From: an uncultured Erysipelotrichaceae bacterium
Lineage (GTDB): Bacteria; Bacillota_I; Bacilli_A; RF39; UBA660
Length of the DNA stretch: 64,000 bases
NCBI GenBank assembly: GCA_902798815.1
Contig: CADBYH010000001.1
Location: 5,554-69,553 of the forward strand
Direction of reading: 5' to 3'
How positions within the stretch are numbered: the stretch's first letter is position 1; every line of letters starts with the position of its first letter. Positions 28,658 to 36,261 of the stretch are shown here, piece after piece. The position numbers and the translations under genes were made by a program. The notes beneath the pieces were generated by a model, which saw nothing but the letters and a program-made list of their open reading frames with translations, had not been told where the DNA came from and made no database searches.

Positions 28658-29586
28658 TGGATAAGCATATAAGCGTCTTACTAGAAGAATCTATTTCCTC
28701 CCTAAATTTAGATGAATCTAGTATAATAGTAGATGCAACACTTGGTTATGGTGGACATAGTAGTAACATCTTGGAAAGAATAAAAAGAGGGCATTTATTC
28801 GCCTTTGACCAGGATAGTGAAGCAATTCGGCATAGTACCGATCGCTTAAAAAAGATCGGTACTAACTTCACTATCATTAAGAGCAACTTTGTCCATTTAA
28901 AAGAAGAACTAAATAAATTGAATGTCTATAAGATAGATGGAGCATTATTTGATTTAGGAGTATCATCTCCACAATTAGATGATGAAGAAAGAGGATTCTC
29001 ATTTCATAATGATGCAAAACTTGATATGAGAATGGATAGGGATCAAAAATTAAGTGCTTATGAGGTAGTAAATAATTATTCAAAGGAAGAATTATCAAAA
29101 ATATTTTATAAGTATGGTGAAGATAAATTTGCAAATAATATTGCTAAAAAGATAGTTGAATATAGACAAACTAAACCAATAGAAACAACACTAGAACTTG
29201 TTGAAGTAATAAAAACAGCAGTTCCTATGAAGTTTAGAATTGATAAACATCCAGCAAGACAAATCTTTCAAGCAATAAGAATAGAAGTTAATCATGAATT
29301 AGATGTAATAGAACCAGCAATTAATCAAGCGTTAGAAATGCTAAATGTTGGTGGAAGAGTATGTGTAATTACATTTCATTCATTAGAAGACAGATTAGTA
29401 AAAAATATATTTAAAGAAAAATGCAAGATAGATGATAGAGTAAAAGGACTTCCAAATATACCAGATGAATTCTTACCTGATTTTAAATTGGTATACAATA
29501 AAGCAATAGCACCAAGTGAAGAAGAACTACTTAAAAATCCAAGAGCAAGAAGTTCGAAACTAAGAGTTATAGAAAGAATAAAGTAG
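28657..29586 (+). CDS. rsmH: 16S rRNA (cytosine1402-N4)-methyltransferase
   Basis: HISVLL..DATLGYGGHS...FDLGVSSPQLD...SLEDR motifs. Start overlaps the mraZ stop (TAATG). Confidence 0.95.
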   Translation: MDKHISVLLEESISSLNLDESSIIVDATLGYGGHSSNILERIKRGHLFAFDQDSEAIRHSTDRLKKIGTNFTIIKSNFVHLKEELNKLNVYKIDGALFDLGVSSPQLDDEERGFSFHNDAKLDMRMDRDQKLSAYEVVNNYSKEELSKIFYKYGEDKFANNIAKKIVEYRQTKPIETTLELVEVIKTAVPMKFRIDKHPARQIFQAIRIEVNHELDVIEPAINQALEMLNVGGRVCVITFHSLEDRLVKNIFKEKCKIDDRVKGLPNIPDEFLPDFKLVYNKAIAPSEEELLKNPRARSSKLRVIERIK

Positions 29587-29595
29587 GAGGATAAC

Positions 29596-29895
29596 ATGAA
29601 AAAAGTTAAGAAAAAAGTTAAAATTTCAAAGTTTGAAAAATTACTATATACATTGGCAATCTTTTTAGTTGTTATTGCTCCAATATCTATAGTATTTTCA
29701 AAAGCAACTTTAGCTAAAGTCAATTTTGAAGTTGAAAAACAAAAAAAAGAGATTGAAGCACAAAAGAAAACTAATGAGTCTATAGCAATGACAATAGATG
29801 AACTTGCTTCACTAACAAAGATTCAAGAGGTTGCAGAACAACAAGGATTGAGTTATAATAATAATAATATCAAGACAGTAGTTGAAGATAGTTAA
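29596..29895 (+). CDS. ftsL: cell division protein FtsL
   Basis: 99 aa with one TM helix and a coiled-coil segment, located between rsmH and the class B PBP. Confidence 0.6.
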   Translation: MKKVKKKVKISKFEKLLYTLAIFLVVIAPISIVFSKATLAKVNFEVEKQKKEIEAQKKTNESIAMTIDELASLTKIQEVAEQQGLSYNNNNIKTVVEDS

Positions 29896-29919
29896 ACCTA
29901 TTAGGACGTGATTTATTAT

Positions 29920-32067
29920 ATGAAGAAAAAAAAGAGACTAAAAAATAATATTAAGTATTCTAAACTAGTTATTTTTTCAGCTCTTTTTTTATTTTGCCTT
30001 ATGATTGCAAGGCTAGTTCAATTAGGTTTATCAGAAAAAATAGATGGAATTAATCTTAAAGAATTAGCAAGTAAAAGAACAACAAAAACAGATATAATAA
30101 ATGCTGAAAGAGGAAGAATATATTCATCAGATGGAGATATTTTAGCTCAGAATGTTGCCTCATATACTTTAATTGCATATCTAGATAGTAAAAGAACGAC
30201 AAATGAAAAAAAACCTCAACACGTAGTAGATAAGGAAGATACTGCAGAAAAACTAGCGCCTATATTAGAAATGTCAAAAGAAGAGGTATTAACTTATTTA
30301 AATAAAGAAGGAGTATATCAAACAGAATTTGGTTCTAAAGGAAAAGGATTGAATGAACTTACAAAAACAAAAATTGATGATTTAAATTTACCCGGTATTG
30401 ATTTTATAGAGAGTTTTAAAAGATACTATCCAAAAGGAAGATTCGCATCATATGTGGTTGGATATGCAAAATCAAATGAAGAAGACTCATCTATTAAAGG
30501 AGAAATGGGTATAGAAAAGCAATATGACGCTATTTTAAAAGGAGAAGATGGTTCAAGAACATATCAAAAAGATTTAAAAGGATATAGAATTGCGGATACA
30601 CCTATGTATGTCAAAGATGCTGTTCAGGGAAAAGATATATATTTAACAATTGATTCAAATATTCAATTCTTTATAGAACAAGCAATTAATAATTCAAATA
30701 AAGTATATGACTGGGAATGGTTTACAATAACGATTATGGATGCTAAAACAGGAGCAATTCTAGGTACAGCATCAGATCCTGGGTTTGATCCTAATCTAAG
30801 AGATATATCAAATTATCTAGATATCTTTTGTCAGACTCCATATGAACCTGGTTCAACAATGAAAACATTTACTTATATGGCAGCAATGGAAAATGGTGTT
30901 TATAATGGTTCGGAATCATATAAATCTGGAGTATATACCACAACAGATGGTACAGAAATAGGAGACTGGAATAGAAATGGATGGGGTTACATATCATTTG
31001 ATAAAGGATATGCTCTAAGTAGTAATGTAGGAATTATTAACTTAATTAATAGACATATGAACAGTTTAATGTTAAGGCAATACTTTAAAAGATTAGGTTT
31101 TGGAAGAAAAACAGGAATAGAATTACCAAATGAAAGTAGAGGTAAACTAGACTTTAAATATGAAACAGAAATCTATAATGCAGGATTTGGTCAAGGTATA
31201 ACAACAACAGCAGTCCAAAATGTAAAAGCAATGACACCTATAACAAATGATGGTATGCTACTTGAACCATATCTAATTGATAAAATAGTAGATTCTGATA
31301 CAAAAGAAGTAACACTAAAGAATGAAAGAAAAGAAATAGAAAGAGTTGCCTCAACTAATACAGTACAAAAAATGATTCAACTAATGGATGATACTGTAAA
31401 TGGTATTGGTAATACTGGAAGTGGATATAGAATAGATAGTGGAGAATTAATTGGTAAAACAGGTACAGCACAAATAGCTAATGAAAGAGGCGGAGGATAT
31501 TCACAAGATATAGATGGAATTATTTCATCATTCTCAGGAATATATCCAAAAAGTAACCCACAAGTAATTATATATGCATCTGTAAAAAGACCAACTAACG
31601 GATATCAAAAATCAATAAGTATTCCAGTAAAAGAAATTGTTCAAAATATATCAAAATATTATGGTAATAGTGATTCTATAAATCCTGCTACTGAAACAAA
31701 GAAATATACTCTACCAAATTTAACAAATAAAAAGGTAGAAAACGTACGAACAACTCTTGATACAAATGGTATAAGATATGTATTAATAGGTGGAGGAGAT
31801 AAAGTAATTAAGCAATCACCATCAAAAAAATCTGTCATTACTGCAAATGATACAGTATATTTAATTACAAATGATAGTAATATTACAGTACCAAATGTAA
31901 CTGGTTTATCATCAAAAGTCGCAAAGGATTTACTACAAAAATTAAATATAAAAGTAAATTTAGATGGAGTAGGTTATGTAACAGAACAATCAGTGCCAGA
32001 AGGAAGTCCTATAACACCAGGCATGGAAATGATTCTTAAATTATCTCCAAAGTATGCAACAGAGTAG
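29920..32067 (+). CDS. class B penicillin-binding protein (PBP2B/FtsI type) with two C-terminal PASTA domains
   Basis: Transpeptidase motifs STMK, SSN and KTGTA, followed by two PASTA-like modules (LPNLTNKKVENV..., VPNVTGLSSKVAKDLL...). ATG at 29920; the track start is a GTG at 29908. Confidence 0.9.
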   Translation: MKKKKRLKNNIKYSKLVIFSALFLFCLMIARLVQLGLSEKIDGINLKELASKRTTKTDIINAERGRIYSSDGDILAQNVASYTLIAYLDSKRTTNEKKPQHVVDKEDTAEKLAPILEMSKEEVLTYLNKEGVYQTEFGSKGKGLNELTKTKIDDLNLPGIDFIESFKRYYPKGRFASYVVGYAKSNEEDSSIKGEMGIEKQYDAILKGEDGSRTYQKDLKGYRIADTPMYVKDAVQGKDIYLTIDSNIQFFIEQAINNSNKVYDWEWFTITIMDAKTGAILGTASDPGFDPNLRDISNYLDIFCQTPYEPGSTMKTFTYMAAMENGVYNGSESYKSGVYTTTDGTEIGDWNRNGWGYISFDKGYALSSNVGIINLINRHMNSLMLRQYFKRLGFGRKTGIELPNESRGKLDFKYETEIYNAGFGQGITTTAVQNVKAMTPITNDGMLLEPYLIDKIVDSDTKEVTLKNERKEIERVASTNTVQKMIQLMDDTVNGIGNTGSGYRIDSGELIGKTGTAQIANERGGGYSQDIDGIISSFSGIYPKSNPQVIIYASVKRPTNGYQKSISIPVKEIVQNISKYYGNSDSINPATETKKYTLPNLTNKKVENVRTTLDTNGIRYVLIGGGDKVIKQSPSKKSVITANDTVYLITNDSNITVPNVTGLSSKVAKDLLQKLNIKVNLDGVGYVTEQSVPEGSPITPGMEMILKLSPKYATE

Positions 32068-32075
32068 GTGATTAT

Positions 32076-32951
32076 ATGGAAAAGAAACTAATGATAATTG
32101 CTGAAGTGTTATTTGTTCTAATTGCTATAACGTACTATACTATAAAAGAATTAATTCCTGAATATAAAACAAAATTTGGGTCAAGTGATAAAATAGTAAA
32201 TCCAACAAAATATAAAAATATGGTAGAAATATCTCTAGATAATGGTATAGATTTTGCATTATTAATAGATGAAAATAAAAAAGTATTTCACATATTCTTC
32301 TTTACTGAAGAATCCTATTGCTTATATAATAAAAATATAGAGAACACTACTATAAAGGAATCATCAAATCAAATTATAAAAGAATTAATTGAAAATGATT
32401 ATCTTAAAGCAACTAGTAATATTAAAGTAACAAGATATACAGATGCTTATTATGAATATTTTATAAATAAATGGAAAGAATCATTAAAGAAATATAGTAT
32501 TAATACAGAAGTAATTGAAGAAACAAATACATTAGATAACAAATCTCAAGAATTAAAAATTAATCCGTTAAGTACAAGTTCTATTATTGTAAACATGGAC
32601 TATTATTCTAAAGAGATAATTAGAATGGCAAAATCACACAAAGGTGATAGTATAATACTAGAATTAGATAATAAAACAGCAAAAACTTTATCCAATAATG
32701 TTTATAAGAAGATAGAAGAATACGTTTATAAAAATAAAATTAAAAATTTAGAAAAGAATAATACAGAACTTTTAATAACAATAATACCTGCAGATGAAAA
32801 AGCAAAGTATTATCCAACAAACAATAGTTGGTATTACGTTAAAGATGGTAAAGTATATGCATATATTGAATTTACTCAAAATAAAAATATATATGGATAT
32901 TGTTATACAGGATCTATTGATTATAGAAGTGAAGGGGAGTGTCCACAATGA
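32076..32951 (+). CDS. membrane-anchored hypothetical protein (291 aa)
   Basis: N-terminal TM helix and a Lys/Asn/Glu-rich body. No motif recognised. RBS GTAGGTGA lies upstream. Confidence 0.5.
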   Translation: MEKKLMIIAEVLFVLIAITYYTIKELIPEYKTKFGSSDKIVNPTKYKNMVEISLDNGIDFALLIDENKKVFHIFFFTEESYCLYNKNIENTTIKESSNQIIKELIENDYLKATSNIKVTRYTDAYYEYFINKWKESLKKYSINTEVIEETNTLDNKSQELKINPLSTSSIIVNMDYYSKEIIRMAKSHKGDSIILELDNKTAKTLSNNVYKKIEEYVYKNKIKNLEKNNTELLITIIPADEKAKYYPTNNSWYYVKDGKVYAYIEFTQNKNIYGYCYTGSIDYRSEGECPQ

Positions 32952-33469
32952 AAAAATTATTAAATATTAGAAAATTCATAATTATAATATTATCAGTAAC
33001 TATAGTTATTATGGGAATAGGATTTATTGTTATATCTAATAAATATTATAATCTAAATAATAAAGAAAACTCCTTTAATGTAGAATTTATTAATTCTAAA
33101 AAAGTTAATTCTATTAAAGGAGGTTCTACAGAACCAACAGGTAAAATATCTATCTCCTCATCAGGAAAAATATTAGATATGAAATTAAACTTATATTCCA
33201 AATATGATGAATTAAACTATGAAGTAACCGTAAAGAATACTGGTACAATAGATGCTGAAATTGTAGATATTATGATGAGTCCGGATTTTATTAAAGATTA
33301 TAAAAATACTATAAAACCAGTAGAAATTACTATGAATGATATTTCTGGAAAAATATTAGAAGCAGGTGAAGAAACAACTATTAAGATAAGTGCTAAACAA
33401 AACGATTCATCATCAAATATCAGTAATATTAAATTCAAATTAGGTATTGTTGCATCAAGTAATAAATAA
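32948..33469 (+). CDS. membrane-anchored small beta-rich hypothetical protein
   Basis: N-terminal TM helix, then alternating beta-like segments (FNVEFIN..., YEVTVKNTGTIDAEIV...). ATG at 32948 after GGGGAG; the track start is a GTG at 32939. Confidence 0.5.
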   Translation: MKKLLNIRKFIIIILSVTIVIMGIGFIVISNKYYNLNNKENSFNVEFINSKKVNSIKGGSTEPTGKISISSSGKILDMKLNLYSKYDELNYEVTVKNTGTIDAEIVDIMMSPDFIKDYKNTIKPVEITMNDISGKILEAGEETTIKISAKQNDSSSNISNIKFKLGIVASSNK

Positions 33470-33498
33470 AGAGACAATTTGACATATGTCTCTTTTTT
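33470..33498 (+). terminator. Rho-independent terminator
   Basis: Stem AGAGACA / TGTCTCT with a 10-nt loop, followed by TTTTT. Confidence 0.55.
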
Positions 33499-33546
33499 GA
33501 TATAATTAAATGTAATGATATGAGTTTTAAGGATGTGAAATAATAT

Positions 33547-34908
33547 ATGAAAAAAGCAATTAAAAGGATATTGATTTTTCTATTTTTTGCCTTAATTGCC
33601 GCATCTCTTATTTATATAGGAATATATTTTGAAAAAAGATCTAATCCAATATATATTTATAAAACAGGAATAGATTCTATCACAACAAAAATAGATGAAT
33701 ATGTAAAAGTAGATAATAAATACATTCTGGGTGATAATATTAATATCAGTGGAACAGTTGATGTTGATTTAACTAGTGAAAAATATAGTGAAGAAGCATC
33801 AACAAATATAGATTCATCAAAAAAAAATAATATGATTAACAATTTATCTAGAATGGACATAAAATATGGGTTTATTCAAAGCAAAAAAGATAATAAGTTA
33901 CTTGTATCATTAGATGAAAGAATTAATGATGAAATAATTATTGATGGTAAATATCTAATTGATAATTCAACTAAATATTATTTTGTAAATAACATTTTAA
34001 AAAATTACGTAAATGACGGTAATAATACTTATTTTGAATTATTAAATAATGAGAAAACCTCATTAGATAATGTGGATTACTTATATAGTTTTATAAAAGA
34101 TTCGTTATCTAAAGAATTGGGAGAAAGAGCAAAAAAATATGTTATTAATACAAACGTTAATAATAAACAAGAAGAATTAAATGAGGTATCAATAAGATTA
34201 ACAGATAAAGAGATAAAAAACATATTAAAAGACATATTAAAAAGTCTAAAAAAAGATAAAGAGGCAAACAAAATATTATCAAGCATTGATAATAAATTCT
34301 CCAAAAGAAAAGTAAATGAGAAAAAAGAATATCTTAAGAAAAATGAAAGTTATACAATTAATATCTATAGTACTAAATTGTTTAATAAAATAAAGAAGTA
34401 TGAAATAGTATATATGAATAAAGATAATACAAAGAATTATTCTATAGATGTAAATAAAAATAAAGGGGTATTCTATTATTCTGAAGATAATAATTTAAAA
34501 TATAAGGCAAACTATATTATTACTTCAAAGAAAACTAACATAGATATATATGATAATGTAGATAAAAAGATTGGTAACGTTGTAATAGAAAAAGACGTTA
34601 ATAACTTATTATTTACTTTGACATTAAAAAACAAAGATAAGTCATATGATATAATTGCATCATCAAAATTTAAAAATTATAATAAAAACCAATCATATAC
34701 AAATGAAATAACAATGTCTGTTAAAATAATGGAAAAACAAAAATCAGTATTAAGTGGAACAATAAAATCAATATCCAAAGTAAATAATAAACCAATAATA
34801 ACAGAAGATATAGCAGAAGCAGTGTTAAAATCAACTTTGACGGACGAAGAGAATGACAAAATAGATAATTTATATGATAATATTAAAGGTAGGTTAGAGA
34901 ATGCTTAA
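33547..34908 (+). CDS. membrane-anchored hypothetical protein (453 aa)
   Basis: N-terminal TM helix and a long Lys/Asn-rich ectodomain. No motif recognised. Confidence 0.5.
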   Translation: MKKAIKRILIFLFFALIAASLIYIGIYFEKRSNPIYIYKTGIDSITTKIDEYVKVDNKYILGDNINISGTVDVDLTSEKYSEEASTNIDSSKKNNMINNLSRMDIKYGFIQSKKDNKLLVSLDERINDEIIIDGKYLIDNSTKYYFVNNILKNYVNDGNNTYFELLNNEKTSLDNVDYLYSFIKDSLSKELGERAKKYVINTNVNNKQEELNEVSIRLTDKEIKNILKDILKSLKKDKEANKILSSIDNKFSKRKVNEKKEYLKKNESYTINIYSTKLFNKIKKYEIVYMNKDNTKNYSIDVNKNKGVFYYSEDNNLKYKANYIITSKKTNIDIYDNVDKKIGNVVIEKDVNNLLFTLTLKNKDKSYDIIASSKFKNYNKNQSYTNEITMSVKIMEKQKSVLSGTIKSISKVNNKPIITEDIAEAVLKSTLTDEENDKIDNLYDNIKGRLENA

Positions 34909-35353
34909 TAAGTATTTAGATCTTGCAGCACAAGAAGCAGAATATGGAACATCAATAAAAGATGGAGGACCATTTGGAGCAATTATAACTGATAAAGAAG
35001 GTAATATAATAAGTAAAGGGCATAATATGGTTATAAAAACAAACGATCCAACTGCTCATGCAGAAATAACAGCGATTAGAAATGCCTGTAATAAATTACA
35101 AACAAAAGATCTTTCTAACTGTATACTATATAGTAGTTGTGAACCATGTCCTATGTGCTTATCAGCTATAATTTGGTCAAATATAAAAACCGTATATTAT
35201 GGTGCAACAAGATATGATGCCAGTAAAATAGGATTTAGAGATAATGATATATATGAATATTTGGCAAATAAAAATGAGATTATAAAAAAAGAAGAAGTTT
35301 TAAATGAAAATTGTAAGAAAGTATTAGAAAACTATAAAAACGAGGTGTATTAG
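34901..35353 (+). CDS. guaD: guanine deaminase (CDA-fold nucleoside/nucleotide deaminase)
   Basis: Close block match to B. subtilis GuaD: GGPFGAII, NDPTAHAEITAIRNAC, CILYSSCEPCPMCLSAI. Confidence 0.8.
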   Translation: MLNKYLDLAAQEAEYGTSIKDGGPFGAIITDKEGNIISKGHNMVIKTNDPTAHAEITAIRNACNKLQTKDLSNCILYSSCEPCPMCLSAIIWSNIKTVYYGATRYDASKIGFRDNDIYEYLANKNEIIKKEEVLNENCKKVLENYKNEVY

Positions 35354-35893
35354 ATGGCAAACAAACCTAAAAAGAATGTAACAAAATCAAAGAAAACAAC
35401 AACAACAAAAAAAACAGAGAAGAAATTCTTCATAAATAGTGATAATTATCTATATTATATTTTCTTTGCGCTATTAATATTTGTAATATTTCTAGGAATA
35501 AGAATCCATTATGTTAAAAAAACTAAAAGTGTATATGGTGGAGATTTAATTATCCCAGTTATGGAAAAATCAACTAATGATGAATTAACAATTAATTTAA
35601 AAGAACTTTCTAATAGAAAAGAATATGTTATAAATATAACTAATTTTAAAAACAAAAAAATTAATAAAGAGGAAATTGATTATAAAATAATAGTAACTAA
35701 TCCTACATCATCAAAAATAAAAATAACAAAGAATTATAGTGGAGAAAACCTTATTACTGATCAAAAAGAAACAACTATAGATAATCAAAAATTAAGAGCA
35801 AAAACTAAATATAGTAATAAATATCATATATCAGTAACTGATGCAAAAAAAATCAAAAAAAATGATAAAATTACTATTAAAATATATAGCTAA
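35354..35893 (+). CDS. membrane-anchored small hypothetical protein
   Basis: Basic N-terminus, one TM helix, then a beta-rich body (EYVINITNFKN..., DYKIIVTNPTSSKIKITKN). Confidence 0.5.
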   Translation: MANKPKKNVTKSKKTTTTKKTEKKFFINSDNYLYYIFFALLIFVIFLGIRIHYVKKTKSVYGGDLIIPVMEKSTNDELTINLKELSNRKEYVINITNFKNKKINKEEIDYKIIVTNPTSSKIKITKNYSGENLITDQKETTIDNQKLRAKTKYSNKYHISVTDAKKIKKNDKITIKIYS

Positions 35894-35977
35894 ATAAAGA
35901 GTCATCTGATTGACTTTTTTTTTGTAAAATGATAGAATTGAAGGGAGTATGATATAAAGAGTAAATGGAGGTTTTTT

Positions 35978-36250
35978 ATGGATTATGACTTTGGAAATGA
36001 AAAAATACAAATAGAAAAAGATGGTAAAACAGTAGATTGCGATATTCTATTTACCTTTGATTGTGAACAAACAATGAAGTCTTATATAGGATATACAGAT
36101 AATTCAATTGCAGACAATGGTAGAAAAAATATATATGTTTCATCATTTGATCCATTAAAACCTTTGATGAAGTTAGAAGATATAACTGATGAGAGAGAAC
36201 TTGAAATGATAGATGATGTTTTAAAACAAATAGAAAATGATAGTAAATAG
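35978..36250 (+). CDS. DUF1292-family small protein
   Basis: 90 aa with a pattern typical of DUF1292 (DGKTVDCDILFTF...YIGYTDNS...IYVSSFDP). RBS GGAGG lies upstream. Confidence 0.6.
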   Translation: MDYDFGNEKIQIEKDGKTVDCDILFTFDCEQTMKSYIGYTDNSIADNGRKNIYVSSFDPLKPLMKLEDITDERELEMIDDVLKQIENDSK

Positions 36251-36261
36251 GTGGTGGTTTT

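Noticed and set aside
28877-29723. ORFs 28877-29134 (-) and 29376-29723 (-)
   Set aside because: They are antisense to rsmH and ftsL. Conserved rsmH motifs on the + strand explain the region.
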